NCBI GenBank assembly: GCA_950097015.1
Contig: CATNEN010000039.1
Location: 1,302,001 to 1,366,000 of the forward strand
Length of the DNA: 64,000 nucleotides
Direction of reading: 5' to 3'
Origin: Macrostomum hystrix
Taxonomy: Eukaryota > Animalia > Platyhelminthes
Position numbers and translations under genes: made by a program. Each line of letters starts with the position of its first letter. Positions within the stretch are counted from its first letter, which is position 1. The notes beneath the pieces are model-generated. The model was not told the origin of the DNA. It made no database searches and was given only the letters and a program-made list of their open reading frames with translations. Shown here piece by piece: positions 1-15,000 of this stretch.

Positions 1-3000
1 GGCCGGCGTAGAGCCGACCCAGCAGCCGACCCGCCGTCAGGTGAGCCGCCGCGGCTGCTTGCGCAGTTGCAGCAACAGCTGGGCCTGGCACCAGCTTGGA
101 ATCAGTTGATGCGCCGTCTAAGGCCCAAGACTCGAGCCAGTGGCGCGCCACGGCAGTGTACGTGTCCTGGCTCCAGTCAGAGTACCAGTCGATGCACTGG
201 CAGCTGTGCAGCAGCTCCGGGTGGCGGCTGAGCACCGAGTGCAAGCTGCCGAGCTTTGAGTCTGCGAGTAGTTTGAGTGTGGAATCTTGCAAGATAAGAA
301 AAACACAAACAGCTGATTGATTTCTTATCAATGAAGGGGCCAAGTGTCCAGCCGACAGCCAGCCGCAGCTATTGCGCGGCGTATCTGAAGGCTGTTTCAG
401 CCCAAGTCCATGGGCTTGAATGGTTCAGTCCACGGACTGGTAGGACGCCAGACCATTTAACAGCTGGGTTAACTGAAGCAATGCAGATTTAAGTGTCCTG
501 CTGAAGGACACAATCTTCTAGTGGTGTCAGGAATCGAACCCCAGCCTTCAAGTCGCGAGTCCGATGCTCTAACCTCCAGGCTACAACCCATTTTTGGCTA
601 CCCAGCAATGCTAATCAGCCAGTTGGGCAGCTAACCCCTGAAGTTGAGGCTGAGCACGCATCTCAGGTTGGTCCTGACTGCCAGCTGGAAGCCGGGCTGG
701 GCTGCAGCCGCAGCTGCCGCGGCGTCCAGGTCAGCAGCGAACAAGCCCGGGCAGGCGCCGTCGCGCATAAGTGCCGATACCGCTTCGAGGGCGTCGGGTC
801 CACCGGCAGCGGCCAGCGCTGCAGAAGTTATGAACAGGCAGACCGGCTGCGTCTGGGACATCGCTGCGGCCTCTCTGTGGAGTTAAAAGTGCAAAGGAAT
901 TGTAGGTAACAGGTAGGTACCGCAAATTCAGGTGCACAGATTTAGCGGGCCAGTTCGCACCTGAGCCGAGCCAGGAGGTCGCCTACGGCGGCCGAAGCCG
1001 CCAGGAAGCGGCACCGGCTGAGGCTGGCAGCCAGGCGGGTCAGGGCGGAGCGCCCGACGCCAGGCGAGGCGGAGGCGAGGATGGCGTGACCGCCGCCGCC
1101 TGTCTGGGCCAGACAGCGGGTCAGGCGGGCCAGGTGGCGCAGGCTGGACTCCAGTAGGACGACGTCCGGATCGACTGCGACTGCGTCGGCATCCGCATTG
1201 TCGTCAACGGCGGCTGCGTCGATTAGGCCCATCGCTGAGTCCGTTGCCAACTTCGGCCGGCTGGCCCTGCGGCGCTGACGACGTCGACTGCTGGCTGCTG
1301 ATGATGCAGCCGCCGCTGCAGCCACCGCCAGGTCAGCGGAGACGCACTCGGTGTAGACTGCGGTGCGATGTTGAAGAGGTAAGAGATGGCACTGACACGG
1401 GTCTGGCTTTTTGTACTCGCGAGCGTCTCGTGACTTCGGCAGGTTTCTTCGAATTGGTATAAACTCAGAAAAAACTTTTTTCCTGACTCAATCATCCACC
1501 TGACTCAATCAGCCACCTGACTCAATCAGCCACCTGACTCAATCAGCCACCTGACTCAATCAGTCACCTGACTCAATCAGTCACATGACTCAATCAGTCA
1601 CCTGACTCAATCAGTCACATGACTCAATCAGTCACCTGACTCAATCAGTCACCTGACTCAATCAGTCACCTGACTCAATCAGTCACCTGACTCAATCAGC
1701 CACCTGACTCAATCAGCCACCTGACTCACTCAGCCACCTGACACAACCAGCCACATGACTCAATCAGTCACCTGACTCAATCAGTCACCTGACTCACTCA
1801 GCCACCTGACACAACCAGCCACATGACTCAATCAGTCACCTGACTCAATCAGTCACATGACTCAATCAGCCACCTGACTCAATCAGTCACCTGACTCAAT
1901 CAACCACCTGACTCAATCAGCCACCTGACTCAATCAGCCACCTGACTCACTCAGCCACCTGACACAACCAGCCACATGACTCAATCAGTCACCTGACTCA
2001 ATCAGTCACATGACTCAATCAGTCACCTGACTCAATCAACCACCTGACTCAATCAGTCACCTGACTCAATCAGCCACATGACTCAATCAGCCACCTGACT
2101 CAATCAGCCACCTGACACAACCAGCCACATGACTCAATCAGCCACCTGACTCAATCAGCCACATGACTCAATCAGCCACCTGACTCAATCAGCCACCTGA
2201 CACAACCAGCCACATGACTCAATCAGCCACCTGACTCAATCAGCCACCTGACACAACCAGCCACATGACTCAATCAGCCACCTGACTCAATCAGCCACCT
2301 GACACAACCAGCCACATGATGAATATATACGAGGGTAGATTTTCAACTTGAACCCCTCAAAACGACACTTAACCTCTTGAGACTCGGTGACACAACACAA
2401 ATATTCAGTAATTCAACTACCCTCTACGCGAACTCACATCTCCAGATACATCAAGAATGTCTGATTAAGTGTGTGATTAGCGTTCACCTGTGAATGGCCC
2501 ATTACACTGGCAGTGGGTGAGCTAGGCACATGCACAGACAGGTGTATACATTTCAACATTTGAGTATGCTGTAATAGCTGCATAATAATATTAGTGAGCA
2601 TATTTATGAGTGCGCGAAAGATGTTTTTCATAGCGCTTAAAAGGCACCTTGAATATGTCCGCAGTGACAAGACACAGAAGATGCCAATGATATTGTCCTG
2701 TAAAGTGTGGGGTTTATCAAAAAAGCATTTTAACGGCGATTGCAGAAAATTTAAAGGAATTAACTTTTTCAGAGGTAACCGGACAGTAATTTTCTTGATA
2801 AGGGTGCCAATCTAAAATACTGCGATTAAACTGAAGCCAGCCAATCAGATACGATTGCGCTTAAACTGACACCAGCCAATAAGAGACGATTGCGATTGAA
2901 CTAACGCCAGCCAATCAGAGACACAATGCTGAAAATCTGCTATATATTGTTTACATAATGCAGTGAGCAGCCAATAGAATTTCACACAGGCACTCACTGC

Positions 3001-6000
3001 TAGCTGCGCTGCCGCCCTGCGGACTTGGCGAGGAGCCAACCGCAGCCAGGACACCCGACCGAACGAAGAGAGTTGCTGTGAGGTCGAACAGCTCGGGCCG
3101 TCCAGATCCGGCGCCGGCATCGACCTCCGCAGTAGCGACCGCCGCGGGTTCCGGCGTCGCCGCGCCAGCCGACGGCCGAGGGTTAAATAGTGGGCCAAAG
3201 AATGGCGACGGAGCCTTGCGGCCGGGGCGACCGCCGCTGCCACCGGCGCCGCTGCCACTGAGCGAAGAGGTCGATCCACGACGGCTGGTGATGCCGCTGC
3301 GCGTGCTGCGACTTGCGGTGGCTGCAGAGTGGGACGGGACTTGCGCTAGCTATCGGTGGGCTCAGCGGGCTCGCTAATCCCCCTTCTCCACTTTTCAGGA
3401 TTCCTCACCAGATCCTACAGGATTCCCCACCAGATCCTACAGGATTCCCCACCCAATACTTCAGGATTCCCCACCCAATACTTCAGGATTCCTCACCCAA
3501 TACTTCAGGATTCCTCACCAGATCATACAGGATTCCACACCCAATACTTTACAGGATTCCCCACCAGATACTTCAGGATTCCCCACCAGATCCTACAGGA
3601 TTCCCCACCAGATCCTACACGATTCCCCACCCAATACTTCAGGATTCCTCAACCAATACTTCAGGATTCCTCACCAGATCATACAGGATTCCCCACCAGA
3701 TCCTACTGGATTCCCCACCCAATACTTTACAGGATTCCCCACCAGATCCTTCAGGATTCCCCACCAGATCCTACAGGATTCCCCACCAGATCCTACAGGA
3801 TTCCCCACCCAATACTTTACCAGATCCTACACGATTCCCCACCCAATACTTCAGGATTCCTCACCCAATACTTCAGGATTCCTCACCAGATCATACAGGA
3901 TTCCCCACCAGATCCTACTGGATTCCACACCCAATACTTTACAGGATTCCCCACCAGATCCTTCAGGATTCCCCACCAGATCCTACAGGATTCCCCACCA
4001 GATCCTACAGGATTCCCCACCCAATACTTTACAGGATTCTCCACAAGATCCTTCAGGATTCCCCACCCAATACTTTACAGGATTCTCCACAAGATCCTTC
4101 AGGATTCCCCACCCAATACTTCAGGATTCCACACCCAATACTTCAGGATTCCTCACCAGTTCCTTCAGGATTCCCCACCAGATCCTACTGGATTCCCCAC
4201 CCAATACTTTACAGGATTCCCCACCCAATACTTTACAGGATTCCCCATCAGATCCTTCAGCATTCCCCACCAGATCCTACACGATTCCCCACCCAATACT
4301 TCAGGATTCCACACCCAATACTTCAGGATTCCTCACCAGTTCCTTCAGGATTCCCCACCAGATCCTACAGGATTCCCCACCCAATATTTTACAGGATTCC
4401 CAATCAGATACTTCAGGATTCCCCACCCAATACTTCAGGATTCCACACCCAATACTACAGGATTCCACACCCAATACTTCAGGATTCCACATCCAATACT
4501 TCAGGATTCCACACCCAATACTTCAGGATTCCACACCCAATACTTCAGGATTCCCCACCTAATACTTCAGGATTCCCCACCTAATACTTCAGGATTCCCC
4601 ACCTAATACTTCAGGATTCCCCACCTAATACTTCAGGATTCCCCACCTAATACTTCAGGATTCCCTACCCGTGTTTTCCATCGGACCCTGCTGGATTCAC
4701 CTTTTGAACATCCAATCATATAGTTTTCCCCTATTTCCCACCAGATCATTCAAGATCCCTTCATTTCCCTGCGATCTGTTTGATCCACTCAACTCACAAT
4801 CCGTAGCGGACAATGTCTCGTCCTCAGACTCATCCTCTTCTTCTTCTTCTTCATCATCTTCTTCATCGTCCTCGTTATCTTCCTTCCTCTGCCCTTCGGC
4901 GTCTGTCAGTTCGGAAGCTTCAGAGAGCACGGTTAAATATATTTAATTGCTTTTTTTACGTTCATTGCTTTTTATTAAAAAGCACAGAGCATTTGCACTC
5001 AAATTTACTCACCGGTTGCTTGAATGCCATTGGCTTCCGTTTCCTGGAAAGCGACACTTTTTTCTTCAGCTTCTGTCGACGCCGACAGCTTCAGCTTCTG
5101 CCTGTCTTCTGTCGACGCTGCCACAGCCGCCGCCGTCTCGATTCGGGGCGTCAGCGACTTCGAAGGCGCGGGGGTTGCCGGCTTCCGCTCGGAGCAGAAG
5201 AACTCGTTGAACAAATCGTACAGGGTCGAGCCGAACCAAGCCACGTCTGTTTTGTGTCATTCAGCAGGCTTATTAAAATATGCTCGCTCGCTAAACTGAA
5301 TACATGTTAAGAGTAAAATCAAAGCTTCGTTCTCACCTCTCTGACTGGTGAGTCGGTCCTCAAAAGTGCGGCAGATCTCGTGGAAGAACAGCTTAGTGAC
5401 TAGCGCTGTGGCGTTTGTTGCGTCTGAAATGCATAATAAATTAACAAGTCAATAAATATTTAATTAATAAATGAAAACATTTGGAAATCTCAGAAAAGGC
5501 AGCTTTAGTCTACGATGACCTAAGAGAAGCTATTCATTCTCATGTCTTAAATTTTCTACTTTAACGATCGATATTCTGATTGGCAGTCCTCGCAGACAGC
5601 CAATCAGAGAACCGGTTGCCTCCTTTCGTTGCGGTCCAGTTCGGTGTATTATCGATCCTGTTTTGTTCTCTTCTGATTAGCCGAGACAGCAAGTCTCTAG
5701 GAAGTACACGGAGACGAATTTAAACTGAGCTGTGAACTGGCTTAAACAGCTTTATGTGCTTTCCTCAATGATTTCAGAAAGCTATTTTAGTATATGTGGA
5801 CTAGCGATTTCGCCCCCTCTTGCTTTTACACTCCAGCTCCAACTGCATGCGACTGGCCTCACCAGATTTGGTCTTTCCGCTCTCCGAGGTTCCGCCGCCG
5901 CTTCTGAAAGCCACTTTAGGCTCGAACATGAGCATGCCCTGCAGCACCTGGTAGAAACTGTGCGCGCTGAATGCGTTCAGCGGGCAGGCGGGCGCAGGTG

Positions 6001-9000
6001 GCAGCTCGCACCGCACCCGAGTGAAAAGCTTGTGCAGCGCGTGGGCCATGGTCTGCGACAAGGTAATGTGAGCAAGCAGGCATTTAGATGACTTCACACA
6101 CAGCTATTTAGACAAATAGGACACTCACGCTAGCCAGGAACTCCGCGTGCGGCAGCGCGTAGGCAGGAAATTCAGACATCCAGGCAGTCACCCGCTTGAC
6201 AAACACGCTAGTCAGGGCTGCCTCTTTGCCCGTGTCAAGCCGCAGCGCTGGCATCTGGTGCAGCAGCCGGGGGCTGAGCTGACGCTGCGGCGCGGGCGCC
6301 GTGAAAGTGGCCAGGAGCTGAACCTCGGCCAGCTCTCGGAACTCGCCGTCGTTCGCGTCGTCTCGAGTAAAGTGGCCGCCGCATTCCACCACACAGCGGG
6401 CCAACTCGGAGCAACTGCCAACGCCGCTGCCGCCGCCGCCGCATGCGCGGTGAAGGTCATCAAGGAACACAAGCAGGCGACTGGTCGGCTTCCGGTGATT
6501 CGACGGCTGCTGAGGTCGCCGTTTGGCCATGAGGTCTCGATGCGCCGCGTCTAGCGTGGCCTCCAACTGGTGGCTGGCCAGGCGTGGCGACACGGCCACA
6601 CGGCGGGCTGCCAGCGGCTGCTTATTGAAGTAGAACTCCACAAAGCTGGTCTTGCCACAGCCGCTGGCGCCCCAGAGGCTGAGGGAGCCGCCGGCCTGCA
6701 GCAGCAGCCGAACAACATGGTGGCAACTCTCCGTGTCCGGCGTGCGATAGAAGACGTCCTTCGGCCTGGCTTTCTCCATGTACTTGTCCGACCAGCGCAG
6801 CAGCGAGCCTGTCTTCATGTCCACGAAGCACTCAAACAGGCTGCACTCGGGCAGCTCAACCGCCGAAGTTTTCGTTCCACCCTTGGCGACGGCATCCCTT
6901 AGAGCGGTGTCGAATTCGACGCACTGCTCGGAGGCCAGGAGACCGCCGAAGCCCCAGGCCAGGGCGTACAAGTGGAAGGCGCGCAGGAGGGCGTAATACA
7001 GCGGCAGGTTGGTGTCCAGGCTCAGCCAGCTGGGTGGCAGGCTGTGTGGCCCAAAGGCTCCGTTCGCGTCGGCAGGTCGAGCGGGCTTGGGTAGATCGTC
7101 AGCCGCGGCGGTGGCTACGAGGCTCCAGTCATCCTGCTGGAAGTATCGTGACATCAAGGCGTCCAGCACGCGGAGGAAGGCGTTGACGCAGTGGAAGGCG
7201 CGGCATCCGGGCAGAGCAGAACTGGCGCGTCGTTTGGCGGTGAAAGACAGCAAAGGGGGCAGCAGGGCCTCCGTCATATCCTCCAGGACTGCGGCACCAC
7301 CTGAATGTGGAGCCACGGGAACAAAGCTTGTGAGTTTACGAGTGTTAAAGATCAATTATTCAAAAGATTGAGTTGCGAAAGTGAAACCTCACCGCTGGTC
7401 AGTGCGTAGCGATGCTTGGCCCGGTGCACCCAGCTGCGCCACAGGCTCTCAGGCGTCACCACGTCCTCGCCGAAGTAGATGACGCCGCATCTGGCCAGCA
7501 TGCCTGGAGACATCGCGTCCAGCCGGTCCGTCTCCACCGCTACGCGGGTCCGCTCGCTCAGGCTCAGGCTGCAGCCGTCGTTCAGCTTCAGCAACGCCCC
7601 GGCGCCGGAGGAGGCGGCCGAAGCCGCGGCGACCAGAGCGTCGCCAAGCGGCCCGCAGAGGCAGCCGTCGAACACCAGCCAGGTGTCCACGTTGGACGGC
7701 TTTGCCAGACCTTTGTAGCGCTTGGCGTCGAAGTTTTCAGCGAACGAGTCGGAGGCCTCCTGGCGTCGATTCGCCCGAGCCAGCAGCTGCTGCGTCAGCC
7801 GCTCAAGCTCCGTTGGCGACAGGGCGTCACAGAAGATGCGCTGCTGACTCACCCGACGATAGCGCGATGAGTCGCTTGAGTCAGAAACAACCTCGATGTA
7901 CATCTGCTCCAGGGCGGCAGCGCTGATCACCTGGACATGGCGGGTCAGTCAAGCTTAGTCAATGTGGGTTTTCAATAACAGTACGAGCGTACACGATGCA
8001 AGCGGTGCCATCACCTGTTGCCACTTCTTGAAAGCGCCGGATGACGCTGGCCGCACGGTGAGGCTGTCCAGCATGCCCAGGTTGCTCCCTGGCCGAGTTC
8101 GGCGCACCGCGTCGGCCGCGTCCTCCTGCTCGGCCTCTGCAGCGCGCCGCTCCACCAGGCTGCTCAGCGCAGCGGCCAGCACGGACAGGCTGGTGGACTT
8201 GCCCGCCCCGGCTGCTCCAGTCAGCACAGCTGCCCGCGCCTCGCCGACCAGGAAGCCGTGCAGCTGCAGCATCTTGCCCAGCTGCTCCTGGGTGGCCTGC
8301 AGGCCCGCAGAGGCCAGCTGCTCCTGCAGGCAGCTCACCAGCTCGGGATCGTGCGACTGCGAGTTTGCCTGTGGCCGGGCGCTCAGCGGGAAGACGTTGC
8401 GCAGGATGCCGCGGTAAAGCTCAACCGTGTCTCGCCGGCACAGCTGCGGGATGATAAAGCAGCTAAAGCCGCGGACCAGAGCGGCCTCCTCGCAGCTCAG
8501 CCGGTTGTTCTGGTCCAGCGAAGCCTGGTCCTCCTGGCTGGGCATGTTGAGTCGTAGCCCGGCCAACTGCAGGCAGGTCAGCAGAGCCCGCAGGCTCACG
8601 CGGAACTCCGGCTCTAGGTGGGTGCGCAGCTGCTCAGAGAAGTACAAAACTTTGCGGGTCAGGCTGCGCAGCTTGGTGAAGCCCAGGCACAGCATCTCCT
8701 GCTCCACGATCGGCTGCCAATCCTGACCGAGCAGGCTGCACGGTCGCAGCTGGCGTCGCAAACAGTCGGGCAGCTCAGCGACGGGGACAGCGATGGCCGC
8801 AGAACCCACTCTGCAATGGCAATGATAATAGAACTTATATTAGACTAGCAATCCATTCTAGACTAGCAATCCATTCTAGACTAGCAATCCATTCTAGACT
8901 TGCAATCCACTCTAGACTAGCAATCCACTCTAGACTAGCAATCCATTCTAGACTAGCAATCCATTCTAGACTTGCAATCCATTCTAGACTTGAAATCCAT

Positions 9001-12000
9001 TCTAGACTAGCAATCCATTCTAGACTAGCAATCCATTCTAGACTAGCAATCCATTCTAGACTAGCAATCCATTCTAGACTAGCAATCCATTCTAGACTAG
9101 CAATCCATTCTAGACTAGCAATCCATTCTAGACTAGCAATCCATTCTAGACTAGCAATCCATTCTAGACTAGCAATCCATTCTAGACTAGCAATCCATTC
9201 TAGACTAGCAATCCATTCTAGACTTGAAATCCATTCTAGACTAGCAATCCATTCTAGACTAGCAATCCATTCTAGACTAGCAATCCATTCTAGACTAGCA
9301 ATCCATTCTAGACTAGCAATCCATTCTAGACTAGCAATCCATTCTAGACTAGCAATCCATTCTAGACTAGCAATCCATTCTAGACTAGCAATCCATTCTA
9401 GACTAGCAATCCATTCTAGACTAGCAATCCATTCTAGACTAGCAATCCATTCTAGACTAGCAATCCATTCTAGACTAGCAATCCATTCTAGACTAGCAAT
9501 CCATTCTAGACTAGCAATCCATTCTAGACTAGCAATCCATTCTAGACTAGCAATCCATTCTAGACTAGCAATCCATTCTAGACTAGCAATCCATTCTAGA
9601 CTAGCAATCCATTCTAGACTAGCACGCACGAATGCCGTCATCATCACGAACCTGTCGCCACCGCTGCCCAAGGTAGCCAGGCAGCCGAAGGTGTCCTTTG
9701 GCGACAGCAGGCAGCCCGCGAAGCAGACGGCGCTGAGCCGAACCGGCCGGTAGCTGTCGCCGCTAGCGTCGCCAACGAAGGCAATTTCACTCGGGTCGTC
9801 TGCCGCGGAGTCTCCCAGCCGATCTGCCGAGTTCCGTCGCCGATGCCGACCAAAAGCAGATTGCGAGATGGACGTCGAAATCGCCAAAGACGACTCCTCG
9901 CTGCCGCTGTCGCTTCGCCGACGCTTCCCTCGCTCCTGCGCCCGGGCGTCGGCGTCGCTGGGCTCGGCGGCCCGCAGGAGGCGTCGAATCTGCGCGGCGT
10001 CCTGGGCGAAGGCGGCCACGAGGCGCGCGGGCAGGCGGCCCAACTCCTCCAGCACTAGAAGGGCTCCGCAGGCGAGGGCGCCGGTCAGGTGTCGCCGAAT
10101 CGTCGTCGCGCACAGCTCGTCGCCACAGTTGAGGCTGACGGTCAGACGGCCTAGCAGCTGAATGTGGCCACGAGGAAATGATGGGTCATGTGTTTGAGCT
10201 GTTTGAGAATTCTTAGAATTAGGAGTTAGCATTCTTAGAATGCCGGCCCGCGGTACTCACGCATCCCAACTCCCTGACTGTCTCGCTCTTGCCGGCCGTT
10301 GCCTCGCCGGCCAGGCAGCCGACCTGGCAGCTGGCAAGAGCCAGGCCGAGGTGGCAGAGCGCCCGCTCCGTGACGGCCGTGATGACCAGCCGGCGCTGGC
10401 ATGGTACGAACTCGCAGTCGTAGCTGAGCCGGTGGCCCAGCTGGCTGATGGTGTACCGGCCCAGCAGCAGCTCCTCCTGAAGGCTGGTGCGGCAGCGGCG
10501 CAGCCGGAGGTTGGCAGCCTCGGTGTCGGCAGAGTCGCCATCGGCCAGCAGCTCGCGGCGCAGTCGCGTCGCTGGCTCAGCCGTCATCTCGTGCTTGGCC
10601 AGGCGCACCCAGTCGAAGCAGCGGTCGGTGCAGGCCTCGCCGCAGCCCATGATGGTCTGCAGAATGTTCACCTGAGGTAACAAGAGCGGAATGGTGGATT
10701 AGGAGGTGCCTAATGCCAAAAATCCATATGGAGCTCCCCCAGACAGTCATGTCCAGTCTTCCCAGTTGTCATTCCCGCCGAAGATAATTTGAGCACTGAG
10801 AGCGCACCTGCTCCTGGCAGGCCAGGATGAGGCTGTGCAGCAGGGCGTGCAGCCGCCGGCGCCTGTCGCTCACGAAGATGCGCCTAAAGTTCTCACGCAG
10901 CAGCTCGCAGTAGCGCTGCTGCCGCTTCTGCAGGGCGCGCTGAAGGGCAGGCAGGTCGGCGGAGGCCGTCGCCCGACCAGAGCGGAGAGCCGCCGCCACG
11001 GAGCGCGTGAAGACGATGCGGTCGGCCGCCAGGACGCAGCTGGACGGGTGCCTGAGCAGCCAGTGATGCAACGGCGCCTCCTGGCTCCTTGTGTCGCCGT
11101 CGACGTTGCCTTCGGCTTCGCTCTTCTCCAACGCCGACAGCTCCTCAAGAGCCTCGGCCACGGCTGGCGACATCGGGTCGGACATGCGGAGCCGGGCGCG
11201 GACAGCGTCGCGCAGAAGTCTGGAGTTCGCATCCTTGAGCCGCGCCTCTGCCAGTGCCAGCCAGCGCACGGGGTGCGGCGAGGCGGCAACCACGCCGCCG
11301 TCAACGGCCAAAAAGTCAACGCGTTCGCTGCACTCGCCGACCAGGCCAGCCAGCAGGAGCTTGTCGGCGTTGAGCTGGTAGTCCAGCCGAGTTCCGGTGA
11401 TGGCTCCACCGGCCGGCAGGGCCAGCTGGAGGTTACGCACGCCGGGGAAGGCGCGGCGCACGTGCGGCAGCATGGCGCCGGGCTCGCGCGATAGAGCCAG
11501 CAGCTCCATGACCTCCTCGTCACCAAAGAAGTGCAGCCGGGGCAGCTGGCGCCGCGCCTGGTCCACCAGCGGGCGCAGGCTGGCGGCCAGCTGCTTCATC
11601 TGGGCCGCCAAGTCCGCCAGCTTGGCAACCCGAGCGGCACTGGCGAGCTGGGCCACTTTTGGCGCAGCCGCAAGCGAGCGCGTCAGCTCGACGAAGCGCT
11701 CGTTCAGCGGCCGGAAGGCCTCAGTCTGGCGCGGCAGCCGGCTGGCAACGGCGGCCCGCTGGAAGAACTTCTCCAGAAACTGCCAGCGGCGCTGGGCCTT
11801 CAGCAGCTGCTCGAAGGCTGCCTCGGCGCCTGCCAGACGATCGTCCAGCTGAAGCAGCTCAGCGTAGAACTCGGTGGACTGTGCCGGGGCCCGCATGGTC
11901 TGCAGGGTCAGCCGACTGTCCTGCAGCAGGTGGAGAATCTCCTGCCAGTCGGCCAGCACAAACACCTCGCGCTGGGCGTTGGAGATTACCGGCACCCCGC

Positions 12001-15000
12001 CGCCCGAAGCCTCGGCCGCAGCAGCCTTGGCCGAGCGGAACTTCTCCAGCTGGCTGGTCTTGCGTGCGGCCGCCGGCTGCTGGCGCTTAGCGGCGTTGCG
12101 CGCCTCTGCCCTCTCTCCATCGGCGATGACACTTTCGGTCACGTGACGCACCTGGGGATTTTAATTATCGATTAACCAATAAAATAACCAAGAATCGTAT
12201 TTGTCGCTTAGTCGCATTTAACCCAAAATTTCTAATGCTCAATCCCAAATCCCAACGCGCACCATTTTCAGCTCCTTGTCTAGCCAGAGTTTGTTAAGCC
12301 TGGCCAGATTTCTCTCCAGCTGATATTCGGCCAGAGCCGCTGCGCAGACGCTGTTAATCTGTTTGCTGTGCGCCGGTAAATCATGCGCCAGCAGATTCTC
12401 CAGCCGCGGCTCTCTCTGCGGATCAAAGTCGGAGCCGAAGCCGACGTGCAGCGAACGCCAGTGGCGCTCTTTCAGCGCAGGCGACTGCAGCTTAGCCAGC
12501 AGGGGGAGGCTCTGCTTAAAGTCCTGCAGCAGCTGGATGAGGCGGGCCAGCACCGGGTCGTCGGGGTTCAGAAATTTGCGAATGTGCACCGCTCCGTTCT
12601 GCCACTCGGTGATTTTGTCCAGCGCCAGGCGGGCGTCAAACTGAAATGAAAGGGTGTGAGGGTGGGGTTGAGGGGCAGGGAGTGAGGTTGGGGTTGAGAG
12701 GCAGGGAGTGAGGTTGGGGTTGAGGCGCAGGAATTGAGTTTGAGGTTGAGAGAAATGGTGTGAGGTTGGGGTTTAGGTCAAGGGTGTGAGGGTGGGGTTG
12801 AGGGCAAGGGTGTGAGGGTGGGGTTTAGGTCAAGGGTGTGAGGGTGGGGTTGAGGGCAAGGGTGTGAGGTTGAGGTTTAGGTCAAGGGTGTGAGGGTGGG
12901 GTTGAGGGCAAAGGTGTGAGGTTGAGGTTTAGGTCAAGGGTGTGAGGGTGGGGTTGAGGGCAAGGGAGTATGGTCGAAGTTGAGGGTCAGGGGTGAGGTT
13001 TTGGGTTTAAGGTTAAAGGTCAGGGAGTGAGGTTGGGGTTGAGGGGCAGTGAGTGAGTTGGAGGTGGGGGGCAGTGGGTTCGGTTTCGGTTAAGGGCCAG
13101 TGATTATTTTCAATCTCACTTTCTTAAAAAGCTGCTTCTTCCAGTCGGCAATAAAGGACACGGCAACACTAAAGTACTTCCAAAGCTCTAATCGCATGTC
13201 CGAAGAAGCCACCAGCAGTTTGAGCTCGTCCAGCGGATAACTCTCGCCAACAATCGCGTGCTTCGTGCTGCTGAGCTGCTTGACAAGGGCTTCGATATCG
13301 CTGATTCTGGTGCGTTTCTGCGCGTGAAAAGAGGGGGCGAAATCCACCTAAGCAACAGTCCAGCCCAGCAACTGAAGTTCAAACAAACCTGCACAATCTC
13401 CTTGACAACTTTGTCTGGGTGCGGTGAAATCTGGCAGTAGTTTTCACCCAGGTCCTTGGCTATTAGGCGCGCTTCCGACATCAGCGCCTAGAGTGAAATG
13501 AAATTAAGAGCAGAAGTTGCAAGACTGCTTACAGCACTGCCACTGCTCACCCACACTCAGGGCCGCTTACCTCGTACTCGTCGTTCATCTTTCGGATGAT
13601 GGTCGGCAGCTGCTTGTTCTGGAAGTCCGAGCTCTCCTGCATCAGCTGCAGCATGTAGTGCCACTGGTTCTGGGCCTCCTCTTCAAGCTTCTCCTCTTCA
13701 GCAGTCAGGGGTCGGTACGCCATGCGTACCATCTGCCAATCGGTCAAGCCAAGGAGATTGGTTCATGGAACTAGCGCGTTTAGATTTATTTGCTGCAAAC
13801 CACAAAACCTCCTTTCACTGTGCACACGTCACTCTAATATTTCCTTACCTGGTATCTCATCCACCCCAATATTTCCTGCCCGGCATCTCATTCACCATAA
13901 TATTGCTTTATCAAACATCTCATGCACCCCAATATTTCCTTACCCCCCATTTCGTACACCCCAATATTTCCTTACCCTTCATCCCATCCACCCCAATATT
14001 TCTTACCCTTCATCCCATCCACCCCAATATTTCCTGCCCGGCATCTCATTCACCACAATATTACTTTATCAAACATCTCATGCACCCCAATATTTCCTTA
14101 CCCCACATTTCGTACACCCCAATATTTCCTTACCCTTCATCCCATCCACCCCAATATTTCTTACCCTTCATCCCATCCACCCCAATATTTCCTGCCCGGC
14201 ATCTCATTCACCACAATATTACTTTATCAAACATCTCATGCACCCCAATATTTCCTTACCCCACATTTCGTACACCCCAATATTTCCTTACCCTTCATCC
14301 CATCCACCCCAATATTTCTTACCCTTCATCCCATCCACCCCAATATTTCCTTACCCTTCATCCCATCCACCCCAATATTTCTTACCCTTCATCCCATCCA
14401 CCCCAATATTGGACACCCCACACGTCACCCAACCCAGCACTTACTTTACCAACTACCCAAGCTTTCCTCACCTCAAACAGAGACTTGATGTAGTCGGCCC
14501 TCTGTTGATACCACTGCGTGTTGTCCTTGACGAGCTGCAATTTGCTGGAATAGACAGCGAAGTTGGCGCTGGTCACCTCGCGGTTCTGAAGATGCTGCTG
14601 TAGGTCGGCCAGCTCGGTCAGAAACTCGGAGGCCAGGCGGGACATTTCAACTGTTACAAAATCGCCTAGCTCGGCGTAGGCGCGCTCAAGGCGTGGCACA
14701 AGGCAGTCGATAAGCGGCTGACAGTCAATCAGAACAACGCCATTGGTTGACACGAAGCTGGGGTCGAAGGTGCGCACAGCCTCGGTCCACTGGCGCAGCT
14801 GCAGCAGGGTTTGCTGCGAGGGTTCGCGGTGGGGTTTCACGAGTGACAAAATAATAAAGATTCCTACTTTCATGAGGATCACGTCTGCCTCTCAGTGGCG
14901 CTCCTCACCTCGATGGTGAAGGCCGGCTGGTCTCGGAACTTCTGCACGCTGTCCGGCCGCCAGTCGCGGCAGAACCGGTGGATAGTCACGAACCAGGAGC

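Noticed and set aside
520-589. Functional tRNA gene
   Set aside because: The acceptor stem is imperfect and it runs into a SINE body shared with another locus. The fragment near 57205-57245 is likewise only a decayed tRNA-like head.
3313-4606. Long repetitive ORFs here and at 13722-14603, 23454-24063, 34037-35521 and 40724-41539
   Set aside because: They are open in several frames only because the repeat units lack stops; there is no coding-like composition.
8835-9651. (SLEWIA)n extension of a dynein ORF
   Set aside because: The donor GACAG|GTTCGT and acceptor TTGCAG|A remove it in phase, so it is an intron.
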